Source of the DNA: Eledone cirrhosa
Taxonomy: Eukaryota
Length of the DNA: 64,000 bases
Reading direction: 5' to 3'
NCBI GenBank assembly: GCA_964016885.1
Contig: OZ024759.1
Span: 37,200,001-37,264,000 of the forward strand
Part shown: positions 1 to 18,351 of the stretch, piece after piece
Layout: each line of letters opens with the position of its first letter
How positions within the stretch are numbered: the stretch's first letter is position 1
The notes under the pieces: generated by a model
Database searches by the model: none
Seen by the model: the letters and a program-made list of their open reading frames with translations, nothing else
What the model was told of the DNA's origin: nothing
Program-made: the position numbers and the translations under genes

Positions 1-1471
1 TATTATTATTGTTGTTGTTTTATATATATAGTTATATATATAACTATTATCATATTTATTGTTGTTGTTGTGTTCGTTATTTTCTTATCTTTTCTTTTTC
101 ATTTTCTTCATCCATTGATCTTTTTATCCCCCCCCCCCCCCCCTCCCCCTCCCTCTCTCCACAAATTTTCGATATATTTTTTTTTCTATTTTTTCATTAA
201 TTTTTTTTTCCGCTTTTATCTTTTTTTTTGTATGCTCTAGTTTTTCTATTTTTGTATGTGTTATTATTATTATTATTTTTTATTTGTTTTGTTTTGTAAT
301 ATTCTTTTTCATTTGCCTTGTCTCAGTCCTTCACCGCAATTGCCGCCAACACACCGCCACCACGACTACCACCAACACACCACCACAACCTCCAACACAC
401 CCCACCACCACCACCTCCAACACACCGCCACCACTACCTCCAACATAACCTCACCACCTTTAACATACCACCACCTCCAACGCACCGCCACTACAACCTC
501 CAACATAACATCACCACCACCACCACCTTTGACATACCACCACTACCACAACAACAACCTCCAACACACCACCACCACCTCAAATACCAACATATCGCCG
601 CTACCAGTACCACCAACAACAACAAACCCTGTCTTTCTAACATACCACCACCACCATCGCCAACACCCCATCGCCTTCAACACCACGACCACCACCCCGC
701 CACCACCTCCCTTCTAACATATTTCGCTTATTAACCATTCTTTCTGAATCTTCCATGTTTTTCTCTCATCTGTCTCTTTGTATTCTTTATTTTACATCTC
801 TCCCTCTCTCTCTCTCTCTTTCTCTCTCTCTCACACACCCTCTCTCTCACACACCCTCTCTCTCACACACCCTCTCTCTCACACACCCTCTCTCACACTC
901 TCTCTCTCGCACTCTCCCTCTCACACCCCCTCTCCCTCTCACATACCCCCTCCCTCTCACACCCTCTCCCTCTCACACCACCCTCTCCCTCTCACACACC
1001 CTCTCCCTCTCACACACCCTCTCCCTCTCACCACACCCTCTCTCACACTCTCTCTCACACACCCTCTCTCACTCTCTCTCCCACACACCCTCTCTCTCTC
1101 TCACTCACCCTCTCTCTCACTCACCCTCTCCTCTCACTCACCCTCTCTCTCTCACAGCCTCTCTCTCTCTCACAGCCTCTCTCTCTCACACAGCCTCTCC
1201 TCTCTCTCACCCTCACTCTCTCACACCATCTATCACATCCTTTCTCACATCCTCTCACACTCTCACTCTCACACTTTCTCTCTACACAAAATACATGTTC
1301 ATACACACACACATATATATATAGAGAGAGAGACATACACATACGTACACACACATATAGACTCAGTTACACACATTTGGGTTCATTCCTTCTTTAGCCT
1401 CATCACTATCACGTGTCTTTTCTTCTGATTATTATTATTACTTTACATCTGTCTCAAGCCCCTTTTTTCGA

Positions 1472-3735
<2,264 letters not shown>

Positions 3736-3842
3736 GAGAAAGAGAACAGAAGTGATATTGAAGGAAACGAGAATACTTGAAGAAAATTAGAAAATGTTTG
3801 TAACATGTGTAGGGAGAGTGAAACTGATTAAAACATACATAG

Positions 3843-3887
<45 letters not shown>

Positions 3888-4110
3888 ATACAGTTCTGTT
3901 TCCAACTTCCTTCTTTCTCATCCGACAGCCACGTTTGTTTATTATTAATATCCGCCATTTTTATTTTATATATATATATATGTGTGTGTGTATATGTAAG
4001 TATGTGTGTATGTATATATATATATATATATATATGTGTGTATATATATTTATGTGTGTATATATATGTGTATATATATATGTGTATATGTATATATAGG
4101 TATATATATA

Positions 4111-4157
<47 letters not shown>

Positions 4158-4725
4158 GTAAGTGAGTGTATATATATACATGTAAATGTTACCTTCTTTT
4201 CTTTCCTCGTAATAATTTAACCTGACACTTTCCTTCATTCTTCCATGTTCGGCAATTTCTTCATTTTTTTTTCTTTCTTTCTTCATTTTTTTTTCTTTCT
4301 TTCTGTGAATCACGTCGTTCTTTTAGGTTAAACACTTCTCTTCCCCTCTCTCTCTCTCCTTCTAATATAATCCTTCCTTCTCTCTCTCTCTATCTATCTC
4401 TAATCTAGTCCTTCCTCTCTCTCTCTCATCTAATCCTTCCCCTCTCTCTCTCTCTGTCTCACACTCTCTCTCTCTCTCTCTCTCTTTCTCTACACACAGT
4501 GGCTATTCTTTGGCTTATATGTATATGAATAAACGTATATCTGTATGTATATATATATATATATATGTATATACATATATATATACACATACATTTATAC
4601 ATATATATATATATTTATATATATATACACACATATATATATATATGTATATACATATATATTTATATATATATATGTATATACATATATATTTATATAT
4701 ATATGTATATATATATATAATATAC

Positions 4726-4785
<60 letters not shown>

Positions 4786-6484
4786 TATATTTTCTATGCA
4801 TGTAAAAATTGCATTTTAAAATGCCTATATGTATGTATGTGTGTGTTTGTGGTATGTATATCTGTTGTTTGTATGTGTTTATGTGCCTGGTTTGTATGTT
4901 TGTGATATGTGTATGTGTGTATATGTGTGTTTTTGTGGTATATGTATGTGTTGTTTGTATGTATATGTATGTGTGTTAATGTGTGTGTATGTGTGTATAT
5001 ATGTGTGTTTATGTCCCTGGTTTATTTGTGTTAATATGTGTGTATGTGTTGTTTGTATATATGTGTTTATGTCCCTGGTTTATTTGTGTTAATATGTGTG
5101 TATGTGTGTATACATGTGTGTTTATGTCCTAGTTTATCTGTTATTGTGTGTGTAGTGATGGTTTCTCCAACTTTTTTGGCGGCCATTTTTTTTCAAGCAA
5201 TCAGCGTCTTTCGTTCATCAATCTTCATATTGTAACATTTCCTTTTTAACCTCTTTTATTTCTTTCACTTTATACTTTCTTAAACATTCCTTCTTCCTCT
5301 CTTTCTTTCTTCTTTTTTTCTTTCTCTTTTCTTTCTTTATTCTTTCTTTTTTTCTTTCTTTTCTTTCTTTTTTCTTTCTTTCTCATTCTTCCTTTCAATC
5401 CATTCTTTCTTTCCTTTTCTTTATTTCTTCTTTCCTTCTTTTCTCTTTCTATCTTTCTTTTTTCTTTCTTCCTTCCTTTCAATCCATTCTTTCCTTCATA
5501 TTCTTATTATTCGAAATATCGATTTTTCATTTCTCACTATATATCTTTCCAATGCTGTCATGTGTGTGTGTACATGTGTGTCTGTGTGTGTGTGTGTACA
5601 TGTGTGTCTGTGAGTGTGTTAATGTGTGTGTGTGAATGTGTGATTGTGCATGTGTGTATGTATATGTGTGTGAATGTACATGCGTGTATGTGTGTGTGTA
5701 TGAGTGTAAGGATGTGTATGTGTATGTATGCGCGTGGGCATGTGTGTTTGTGCATTTGTGTGTAAGTTTGTATGTGTGTGACTGTGCATGTATATACATG
5801 TGTGAATGTATGTATGTGTATGTACGGGTGTGTGAATGTGTATGTGTGTTTTAATCGCACATCCTCTTCAAGAATCTTTTCTTTCATTTTGTTTATCATT
5901 TAATCATATCTACCTAGTTATCTCCCCTCTCTATCTCCACCTTCTTTGTCTGTCTGTCCCTCCCTCTCTCTCTCTACTTATATGTATACATATATATATA
6001 TGTGTATATATATCTGTCTTCAAATGTCCTTACTTCTACGAGTATATCTATCCATATTTCTATCTCTCTCTATATATATATGTATATATGTATGTATATA
6101 TATATGTATATATGTATGTATATATATATGTATATATGTATGTATATATGTATGTATATGTATATATATATGTATATATGTATGTATATGTATATATATA
6201 TATGTATGTATATGTATATATATGTATATATGTACATATATGTATATATGTCAATAAGTGTATATATGTACATATATGTATATATGTACATATATGTATA
6301 TATGTACATATATGTATATATGTACGTATATGTATATATGTACGTATATGTATATATGTACGTATATGTATATATATATATATTTATATATATACCTATC
6401 TAACCGCCTTTCTATCTATCTATCTCATTACAAACATATCTCATTACCTACTTGCGTACCTATTTATCTATCGATATATATACA

Positions 6485-6515
<31 letters not shown>

Positions 6516-6522
6516 TATATAC

Positions 6523-6635
<113 letters not shown>

Positions 6636-6650
6636 TACATATATATATAC

Positions 6651-6689
<39 letters not shown>

Positions 6690-6718
6690 TCCATACATAT
6701 ATATATACATATATATAC

Positions 6719-6753
<35 letters not shown>

Positions 6754-6767
6754 CATATACACATATA

Positions 6768-6845
<78 letters not shown>

Positions 6846-6846
6846 C

Positions 6847-6907
<61 letters not shown>

Positions 6908-6920
6908 CATATACATATAC

Positions 6921-6977
<57 letters not shown>

Positions 6978-7083
6978 TATATACATATACATATATATAT
7001 ATACATATACATATATATATATATTATATATATATATAGGAAACAGTATGACCCCGACGGCAGAGCTCAATATATATATATTG

Positions 7084-7121
<38 letters not shown>

Positions 7122-7149
7122 TGATATATTATATACATATATATATATA

Positions 7150-7200
<51 letters not shown>

Positions 7201-7231
7201 CATATATATATACATATATATATATACATAC

Positions 7232-7317
<86 letters not shown>

Positions 7318-7340
7318 GTATATATGTATATATATATATG

Positions 7341-7371
<31 letters not shown>

Positions 7372-7484
7372 GTATATATGTGTATATGTATATATATATA
7401 TGTATATATATACATATACATATATATATATATACATATACATATATATATATATACATATACATATACATATATATAATATAC

Positions 7485-7531
<47 letters not shown>

Positions 7532-7560
7532 TATATAATAAATACATATATATATATATA

Positions 7561-7630
<70 letters not shown>

Positions 7631-8146
7631 GTGTGTATATCTCCATCCATCCACCACTCCACCCTCGCCACACTCCACCACAATATGTCTGTCATCCATT
7701 ATTGTTCCTGATTAATTTAGTACTCAGTCAGGATGACTTAGATCCGCCATTACAGTTGATTCACTGCTGCTGGTGATGTTGGTGCTGCTGTTGTGGTTGT
7801 GCTTCTTAATGCTGCTGCTGGTGGTGATGTTACTATTGCTGGCAGGTGGTGGTGATGGTGCAGCTGTTGTTACTACTGCTGCTGATGGTGGTGGTGCAGC
7901 TGTTGTGGTGGTGATGCTGGTGGTGATGGTGCTGCTGATGGTGGTGACGGTGCTGGTGTTGTTACTACTGCTGCTGGTGGTGATGGTGCAGCTGTTGTTA
8001 CTACTGCTGCTGCTGGTGTTGTTACTACTGCTGCTGGTGGTGATGGTGCAGCTGTTGTTACTACTGCTGCTGCTGCTGTTGCTTGTGCATGTAGACAGAG
8101 CATTTGTGTATGTTTTGGTTGATAGATAACTACCACTGTGTGTGTG

Positions 8147-8177
<31 letters not shown>

Positions 8178-8265
8178 CTTATATGTATATGTTTGTAACG
8201 GTCTGACATTGATTCACGACCTGACCAGGAAATCACATATAGACTCACGACAAAATTCTGTGTAT

Positions 8266-8310
<45 letters not shown>

Positions 8311-8647
8311 GTGTGTGTGTATAAATAAATATATATATGTATATCTGTATATATATGTATATATACCCATATACACCGTGTTACACCTACTGTACTGATG
8401 TTGTTGTTACAGTTCGGTTTATTGACATTCTCCATATTTCTAATTCCTATCCTTAAGATTGGAAATATTTCCACAGCCATACATAGGGTTTACTCTTGTT
8501 GTTGTTGTTGGTGGTGGTGTTGTTGTCACGGTAACGACGTTGGTAAGCCATCATATGTCAAATATATTTGTATATGTGCCTATATATATATATATATATA
8601 ATGGAAAAAACGAGGAAGTTTCGTTACACATACATAAGAGTCCCCCA

Positions 8648-8837
8648 ATTCAATCGGGGGTAACCACAAGTTAGTAACTCAACACATTAGTAAAGTGTAA
8701 ACATCAAGTTTAATATAAAAAATGACTTCTACAGGACTAGAATTGTTTCATTCAAAAGAAATCATCACGAAACCTTCCCTGACGAGTTTTTTTTCTTTGT
8801 ATGAAACAGTTCTAATCTTGTAGAAGCTATTTCTATA
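8648..8837. mobile_element. Fold-back repeat family H (hammerhead-bearing, Penelope/retrozyme-like), degenerate copy
   Basis: ttcaatcgggggtaaccac...ctcaacacattagtaaagtgtaaac...ttaatata..aatgacttctacaggactagaattgtttcattc, followed by an inverted arm cctgacga...atgaaacagttctaatcttgtagaagctatttcta. Confidence 0.75.
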
Positions 8838-9026
8838 ATAAAATTATATATATTTATATATATAAATATATATATATATATAGTAATAATAATAAATGTG
8901 AGGACTAAAATCTGAAGAGGACACGATAAAGATTATATATATAAACCCGTAGGGCGAAGATCCTGTTAAGGGTGAAAGCAGCTATACTTTGCTTAAACTT
9001 TAATATGTTCTTATAATAAATAAATG

Positions 9027-9064
<38 letters not shown>

Positions 9065-9218
9065 ACTCCAGAGGTGTGGACCGTATGCAAAGCATGTTTC
9101 TTGTGGAGTCTGTACAGACGGAGATACACTCACATATTTACACATGGTTACCGCTTGTTGTTTGTGGTGGAGGTTTTGCATTCAGATATATATATATGTG
9201 TGTGTGTTTGTATATATT

Positions 9219-9249
<31 letters not shown>

Positions 9250-9478
9250 TTGTACTTATATATATATTTATCTGTGTGTGTGTGTTTGTATATTGATATG
9301 TGTTTGTATTTATATATACATATATGTGTGTGTGTGTAGGTGTGTATATTTGTTCTAACTCCTAATATACATTTGATCTCATTCCAACAAAGTCGAGGCA
9401 CTTTGTAGGCGGACACTTGTAAATATACATACACACTTACATACATGCATACATATATGCTTGTGTGTATGTATATGC

Positions 9479-9532
<54 letters not shown>

Positions 9533-9715
9533 TATCAAAGCAATATGGACTCCAAAGGTCCTTGTCTGCAATATTGAGAAAAGCTGCCATGTATATAGAG
9601 AAGGTGTATATATACCTTAGGGAACCGGAGGTCAATATGGCGGCCGTGGAAGAAAGCATCACCCGCCATTGTTTAACTCCACCCGAAACACAAACAAATT
9701 CTTCTTCTTCTTCCT

Positions 9716-9820
<105 letters not shown>

Positions 9821-10496
9821 GACACACACACATATATATATATAATCTTTCTCTATATGTATGTCTTTACAAACATATGTGTATGGTTATTCGTCAGTAT
9901 ACATTATTGTGCATAGGGTGTGTATACATACACATTTTATATATAAATATATATATATATATATATAGTCATATATATATATATATAATTATATATATAG
10001 TCATATATATTCATAGTCATATATATATATATATGACTATATATATATACATATATTCTTATATATGCATATGTATATATATATATATATGTGTGTGTGT
10101 ATATATGTGTATATATATATATATATATGCTAGAGAGAGACTGGCAGACAGAGAAAAAGACCGACATGTAGACAGACAGACAGACAGAGGCAAATTGATA
10201 AATTAGTGGAGGTTTAGTGGAATGCATGGATGCCTCGCTCCTTCCAAGTATCGTGGATTTAACGTTAGACAAGAATTTCACATATTAAGGACGATGGTTC
10301 GATAAAACTGGAGAAGTGCAGAGAGCTGTGACCAAGCGTGACTGTTAACCAGTCTGGGGCCTCTTCTACGTGTGTGTCATGGTGTGTGTGTGTCATGGTG
10401 TGTGTGTGTCATGGTGTGTGTGTGTGTGTGTGTGTCCACACTTCGTTTGTGCATTGTTGACATACACTCACACACAAGCACATATCTACATTGGCC

Positions 10497-10561
<65 letters not shown>

Positions 10562-10844
10562 TATATATATATGAGTAATTGTGTATATCTATGTATATAT
10601 TCCTTCATGCCTATTTGTGTGTATGTATGTGTGTGTTTATATATACATATTTATTAGTGTGTATATGTGTAATACGTGTCAACGTTTGGCATACATACGA
10701 TAAGTTTTAAACATATTGGTGTTATTTCAACATAGACACACAGTGAAGAAATAGTTACACACACAAACATATGTATATATACATAATTCTATATATGTAT
10801 ATATATATTTATATATGTGTGTGTGTGTGTGTATGATGAGCACT

Positions 10845-10995
10845 TGACGTCTACTTTTCATGCTTGCATGGGTTATACATGCTGTCATGGACTTAGGCAG
10901 GACTGATCTGGTGACTGCGACTAGCACGTATTTTTTCGGTTGGATACCCTTCTTAACTTCTTCCATTTTACAGAGTGTACTGGGTGGTTTTCATC
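10845..10995. mobile_element. Degenerate interspersed repeat (SINE-like, family C)
   Basis: ttgacgtctacttttcatg...ggttggatacccttcttaac...tttacagagtgtactgggtg matches 48160-48285 (tttaatgtctattttcca...ggctggatgttcttcttaacaccaaacactttacagagtggactgggtg). Confidence 0.55.
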
Positions 10996-11207
10996 ATATA
11001 TCGTTTCAATTCTCTGCGTTGTTGTTTTCTTGTCTAGTGACCGTTGTGTTTTCATCCTAAATAGCTCTTTTCCTTTAAATACTATTGTTGCACTGGTTAG
11101 AATAATCTCGACACTAGAAGCCGAAATTATAGTGATTCCCAGAAGACAGCTGACGAGTGCTAGCTGTCTTTGTCTTTTTCCAGTTCTTCTGGTTCCTTTA
11201 TATGTCC

Positions 11208-11268
<61 letters not shown>

Positions 11269-11790
11269 AAATAATCAAGACCCCGACGACGGCTGAGCAC
11301 TGGCTATTTCCCTCGGGGTCCTGTTTCTTTTCTTATTACCCACTCTACTACCCTACGTATTACTACACTTTCTTTGTTTTATATACACACATAATATATA
11401 TATAGCGTAAACCAAGGAAGCATATACATGTTAAATGTCTGAAACTTTGTTTACACAAAATAAGGTCTCTTCCATCAGATTGAGCACTGTTATCTTTGAG
11501 CTTTCATCTACGAATTTCTACCAATATGTGAGTGTGAGTGTATTTGTACGTGAGTGTTTGGTTGAAGTTATTTTAGGAGAACCAGTACAGCAAGTGGAAA
11601 CTGGAATAACATGAGAGACGAAACTGTTTGATTCTACTTTCAATTGCATTTCACTGGCTTTCCTTGGACTGTCTTAACCATAAATTGACCAAATATCTAT
11701 GGATAGATAGATAGATAGATATATTGTTATATTTGGGGAGGGTCATATTGTTATAATATTGCCAGAAATAATAACAGAACACACTCACTG

Positions 11791-11870
<80 letters not shown>

Positions 11871-14800
11871 ATGGGTGTATATCTATATATATATATATAG
11901 TGTGTGTGTGTGTGTGTGTACGAGTGTGTGTACAGATATGTATTAACGCAGATAGCTGAGAAGACCTTTGTGTGTGGACACCACACACCAACACCACACC
12001 ACAGACCACTCCACAGACCAACACCACATACCACTCCACATACCACTCCACAGACCAAGACCAACACCACACCCCACAGACCACCCCACATACCAACACC
12101 ACCCCACGGACCAACACACCACCAGACCACAGCAACAGACCACCCCACAGCCTAACACCAACACCACACCACACAAGATGGCAGACATCTCCACCCAGCC
12201 GTAGCTGTTATTCCATGCTGTCGATACAATCTTCCTTGCGGCAAATAGACCTCACATAGAAATTGTTATTAAGCCTGCAAAGTAAATGTCATTAACGTAA
12301 TGTGTTTCACTCCATTTTGGATTTGGTGTGTGTGTGTGGTTGTTTGGTGTGTGTGTGGGTGGTTGTTTGGTGTGTGTGGGTGGTTGTTTGGTGTGTGTGT
12401 GTGGTTGTTTGTGTGTGTGTGTGGTTGTTTGGTGTGTGTGTGTGGTTGTTTGGTGTGTGTGTGTGTGTGGTTGTTTGGTATGTGTGTGTGTGTGTGTGGT
12501 TGTTTGGTGTGTGTGTGTGGTTGTTTGGTGGTGTGTGTGTGTGTGTGGTTGTTTGGTGTATGTGTAGCTATTTGTCTGGGTGTGTGTGTGTGTCTGTGCA
12601 TGTGTCTGTTGTGTGTGACTGTTAGTTTGTTATGCTCTGGTGATGTTGTTATTGTGTGTACGTGGCGGTGGGGAGAGGGTGTATGTATATGTTGTTCTCT
12701 TGCTGTGTCTGCTGATGATGATGGTGATGGTGATGACGATGATGACTATGATGATGGTGACAATATCAATGATGGTGATCATGACAGTGATGATGATGAT
12801 GGTGATGGTGATCACTATGACGATGCTAATGCTAGTGACGATGATGCTGATGATGTCTTGCTTCGTTGTTGTTGTTGTTGTTGTTGTTGTTACAATGGCT
12901 AGCCGTGTTTTTTTTTATTTTTGTGGTTAATTCTTTGTTTGTTTGTTTATCCCCCCCCCCCCCCGACTCTTCCCCTCCTCCCCTTTACTCCCCCCCCAGA
13001 CACTTCCCCCTCCTCCCCACTTACTCTAATACTCTTTCCCCACCCTCCACCCTCCTCCCCAACATAATTGCTATTGAATCTACTTTCACTGTTCTATATT
13101 CTCTCCCCTACACTCTCTCTCCCTTTCTCTCCCTTTCTCTTTCTCTCTCTTTATTTATCTCTATCTACTTCTCTCTCTCTCTCTCTCTCTCTATTTATCT
13201 CTCTCTATTTATCTCTCCTTCTCTCGCCCTCATTATCTCCCCCTCTCTCTATCTCCCCCTCTCCATCTCCCCTCTCTCCCCCTCTCCATCTCCCCTCTCT
13301 CCCCCTCTCTCTCTCTCTCTCTCTCTCCCTCTCTCTTCCCTCTCTCTCTCCCTCTCTCACCCACTACTCTTTACCCCTTCACTTTTAACTCGATTCCCAA
13401 TCTTTTAAACTCAATTTCCCCCCTCCCCGCCACCGATGACCATATTTATCTCCCCTTTCTACCTCTTTCATCACCCCCCCCCTAATCTCCCCCACCACCA
13501 ATACAACCATCATTATCATCATCATCAGCTGTGCTGCTATAACAGCCATTATCACTACCACCCTCACTAGGATCAGCACTACAATAATTCTCCCCCCCCC
13601 CTCTCCACTCATCCATTCAATTCCTACACGCCACCACAAACAACAACAATAATAACACCGTCGAGGCCTTCACAATTCTCATTACCACCAAATACCACTA
13701 TGACGATGGCTACCACCACCACTACCACCACCTCCTCCACCACCACCACCTCCTCTACCACCACCTCCTCTACCACCACCACCTCTACCACCTCCTCCAT
13801 CATCAGTGCCCGTACAGCATCAGTGCCTGCAACACCACCCTACCGACCACCAACACCACCATTCCGACTAAACACGAACACCATTACTAACATGACCATC
13901 ACCATCACCGACACCATCCTGACCACCACCACCCCAACTAACACACCATCACCGCCAACAACATCTCAACCATCACCATCACCGCCAACACCATCTCAAC
14001 CACCACCATTACCAACACCACCATCACCAACACCATCCCAACCATCACCACCAACACCATCCCAACCATCACCACCAACACCATCCCAACCACCACCAAC
14101 AACAACAACACTAATACCCACAATAAACCTCCTCCAACCCACCCCCACTCCTACCAACACTGAAACTCCTCTCTGTCATTACACAATTTAGATGGCCGCT
14201 TATTAAATTGATATGCCTTTCCAGTTGGCTGACGAACCTGCATGGTTGGCCTGTTCCTGAAACGATCGGTATTGCGTTAGAAACACTGTTTGAAAACAAT
14301 ATTAAAACACTGAAGCAACTTACTTTTTTAGAATAAGAAGGAAGGAAAGAAAGAAGGAAGGAAGGACAGAGAAAGAAAGAAAGAAGGAAAGATAGATAGA
14401 TGGGAAGAAAGAAAGGGGAGAAAGACGAGAAAGAAAATAAGCATAAACGAGAGATCAGCTTTAAGTTACACCTATATTGGTGAAAATATTAGTTAATCGA
14501 AAATTGCTCACTCACACACCTGCCCAATAAATAAATATATATATATAAATGTGTATATATATATATATACATATATATATATACATGTGTATATATATAT
14601 ATATATAAAAATATATATATATACATGTATATATACACATACATACACACACACATATATATGTATATATATATATACATATATATACATAGGTTTCTAA
14701 TTTAGTCCTAAATTAGAAATCGCTATTATCTCTGTTGTAAAGATTAACGTTGTTATTGTTATATTCAGCCTCCCACCCCCACATTTTTCTACACACAGTA

Positions 14801-15061
14801 CTGAAGGCTATATTGATATACACAAGAACATGTGTGTGTATATATATATATATATATATGTGTGGAAACATATAACTCGTTGTATATAATATATATACGG
14901 CTAAAATTAACATATATTTTCTCCTGTATTCTTTATTACCATCGTCTATCTTGCTTTTCCCTTTTTCTGTTTATGTCCCAATGAAGGATTATGGTCAGAA
15001 ACGTCAACATTCTCTTCCTATTCTATCAAGCATGAACCTAATTGCTTTTTCTTATTACCTT

Positions 15062-15127
<66 letters not shown>

Positions 15128-15827
15128 AGTAGGTTTCTATATATGTATATGAACAATTCCAGAGTCTTTAAAAACCACCAGTTTTCATACACAAATAGAT
15201 TTTCACGGTCATGTTTGATTTTAACTTAAAAATTGATTAATATTCAATATATATTGATATCTTCAGTTTTACGTCTGTATCCCCCCCTCCCTCTTTCTCT
15301 GCTTCTCCTTCTCTCTCTCTCTCTCTCTCTCTTTCTCATGTTTCTCTCTCTTTCTGTCCCTGCCTATTTATCACTCTCTATCTATCTATCTATCTCTTTT
15401 TTCTCTCTCTCTTTCTCTCTCTTTCGCTTGCTCTCCCTTTCTCACAGATAGACAGATAGATAGATAAACAGACAGACAAATAAATAGAGTGAGAGCGAGA
15501 GGGGTAATACACCCAGCTGCAATCTTTCTCTCTTTCGTCAAATATATTGATTACTTTAACTAATCGATTCATTGATTGATACGTAGGAGTAATTGATCGA
15601 TCGCTGATCGATCGATTAATTGATCAATCAACTGATTAGTTGATTGACAGTAATTTTGTGACAACAAGTAAAGAACATGGCGGATAAAATGTCAAAGAGA
15701 TCGATAGTTGAGTAGTTTGTTACAGATAAAAACATATTCATGTATATATGTTTACACATTAACTATTTATCACTATGCACACGCACACGCACACGCACAC
15801 GCACACGCACACGCACACGCACACACG

Positions 15828-15881
<54 letters not shown>

Positions 15882-16066
15882 GCCATTAAAATAAGTTACC
15901 AAACACTGTTATTTTTATTATAATTTAATTTACAATTGTTTCATCCTTGAGGAAGTGGTCAGAATCAATGATTATACAAATAAATACCTCAACAATTTCG
16001 TAGGATTTCGTTTACATTTCAAAAACTACATATATATGTATATACAGTGGCGAAAAAATCTGTCAC

Positions 16067-16101
<35 letters not shown>

Positions 16102-16488
16102 ATGTGTGTGTGTGTGTAGTGGCCGGAAAATCTGCCTTCACCGAACCAAACAATCTAGGCCAGTCACTTCTCGACACTAAACACTTCCACAACATTACTG
16201 AATGAGAAACTTGCCTTCATTCAGCCAAACAACGTCATTGACATATTTCCAATCATGCCGCCATGTTCCCCAACAACATGGATGTAACATATTTTATCGC
16301 AAGACGCCGATACATAGCCGCCATTTTGATTTAGTATTATCTTCGTTTGTTTTGTTGTTGTTGTTCTTTCGTTGTCGATGTTTCGTTGGTGTTGATTTGT
16401 TTCTTTGGGCTTTTTTTTTCTATTTTTATTAATCTTCACGGATCTGTTCACGAAATTTGTTTTTATGCACGTGTATACATATATGATC

Positions 16489-16527
<39 letters not shown>

Positions 16528-16609
16528 GATTTACATGTATATATATTTATATGCATATATACACACATATTTACACTATATATCTATATCTATATGTCAG
16601 TCCCGGGTG

Positions 16610-16774
16610 CAAGGACTCAATACATTAATAGAGTGTAAACACCATATTTAATATAGAAATGGCTTCTACAGGACTAGAACTGTTTCATTCAAAATAAATC
16701 ATTAGGAAAGCTTTCCTAATGATTTCTTTTGAATGAAGCAGTTCTAGTCCTGTAGAAGCCATTTCGATATTAAA
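16610..16774. mobile_element. Family H copy with a near-perfect 128-bp fold-back (16647-16774)
   Basis: tttaatatagaaatggcttctacaggactagaactgtttcattcaaaataaatcattaggaaag|ctttcctaatgatttcttttgaatgaagcagttctagtcctgtagaagccatttcgatattaaa. Confidence 0.85.
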
Positions 16775-18136
16775 CATAATATACCGTATAGTTATATATA
16801 TGTGTCTGTGTGTGTGTGTATAATCGATTAGGTGTAGGTGTCAGTAAAAGTGTGTGCTGCTCTAGTCGACATATTTTCGTATGTTTAATTATTCTGCTTA
16901 CCTCTCGTCTATTTGATTAGATATGTTCATTGCCAGCTTGTACTACTTCCTCCCACCCCTCTCTCTGTGTGTGTGTATTAATGCCATAGTAAGATAATCG
17001 GAGAGGGAGGAGATATAATGTCAAAGAGAGGTAGTCTTTGATATAGAGTCCAATAGAGAGAGAGACGGACTGTAGTCGGAGAGAGAGAGAGAGCCAGACG
17101 GGGAAGGATTCTAGAAACATTGTGAGCCAGCCGAACAAAGAGAGAGAGAGAGAAAGAAAGAGAAAACAGGACTATAGAGTGAGAGAGACAGCCAAACGGA
17201 GAGAGAGAGGTGGGGGAGAGACAGATATATATATAAAGGGAGAGAAGAACTCTAGCTCGACAAAACGGGAGAGAGAGAAGTACTTTAGAATGAGAGAGAG
17301 AGACAGCCAGAGAGAGAGAAAGAACTATAGAGTGAGAGACAGCCAGACAAAGAGAGAGAGGGACTATAGAGTGAGAGAGAGAGACAGCTAGACAGAGAGA
17401 GGGGGGGGGGGTAGCGAGTGAAAAGCTTTCATTTGTTGCCAAGTCTCTTCTCGCAAGATATCGTTCGTGTCTCCTAACGTCAAAAGCAATGAGATCTTTC
17501 CACCGTAACTTCCGTTAACACTAAAATAATTTCCTTTTTTTTTCTTTCAAATTACCGGCTACCTTCCCCCACCACCCCTATACACACTCCTCCACCCCCT
17601 CTCTTTCTTCTCCCCAATCTAATACTCTCCCCCCCCCACTCCAACACACACTCACCCTCTTTCTTCTCCCCCACTCCTGCACACACTCATACTCTAATTC
17701 TCCCTCTACCTTAACCTTCTCCCTCCCACCCTCACTCTACTCCACCTCATCCTTCTCCTCCCTTTCATTTGTACCATTTTTTTCTTCCTTTTCCTCTTTA
17801 TTACATCAACTTTGTCATATTTTCATTAAAGAATGTTTTTGTTATTCTATTTTTCTCCTAACAAGTTCCTTCCTCTTCCTGTTCTCCCACCTCCTACTTC
17901 CTGTCCTCCCACCTCCTACTTCCTGTTTTCTTTATACATAGCTATATATCGCCATCGCTTATGTAACTTTCTCTCCTATCTCTCTCTCTCTCACTCTGCT
18001 ACTTTCCCTTTCATTATCTCTCCTCTCCCTTCTCCCACTCTCTGTAAATTTCACATTTGTTGGCTGCCATATCGCGTACAACTCTCCCCAAAATACACAC
18101 ACTCATACACACTCACACTCACCCATACACACTGGG

Positions 18137-18320
18137 ATTGGCAGTATCGGTAGAGGGTCGAACGCCATGCTTTGCAGCAAAGTTACGGCCCTTGCCATTC
18201 TGAGTTCAAATCCTGCCGAAGTTAACTTTTCCTTTCATCCTTACGGGGTCGATAAAATAAAGTACCAGTAATTCACTGGAATAATTGCTGGCCTTGTGCC
18301 AAAAGTAGAAACAATTATTA
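18137..18320 (+). mobile_element. tRNA-derived SINE (family A)
   Basis: Pol III A-box-like TGGCAGTATCGG (18139-18150) and B-box GAGTTCAAATCC (18202-18213). Body cctttcatccttacggggtcgataaaataaagtaccagt...gctggccttgtgccaaaagtagaaacaattatta is shared with copies at 36101-36270, 46298-46396 and 52463-52532. Confidence 0.85.

Positions 18321-18351
<31 letters not shown>

Noticed and set aside
11308-11320. Possible COE/EBF autoregulatory sites (TCCCTCGGGG here, TCTCGAGGGA at 19491)
   Set aside because: Both are imperfect matches to TCCCNNGGGA. One lies inside a repeat, and such matches are expected by chance.
18137-18215. Possible tRNA gene (A and B boxes)
   Set aside because: No cloverleaf forms, and the sequence continues into a multi-copy SINE body.
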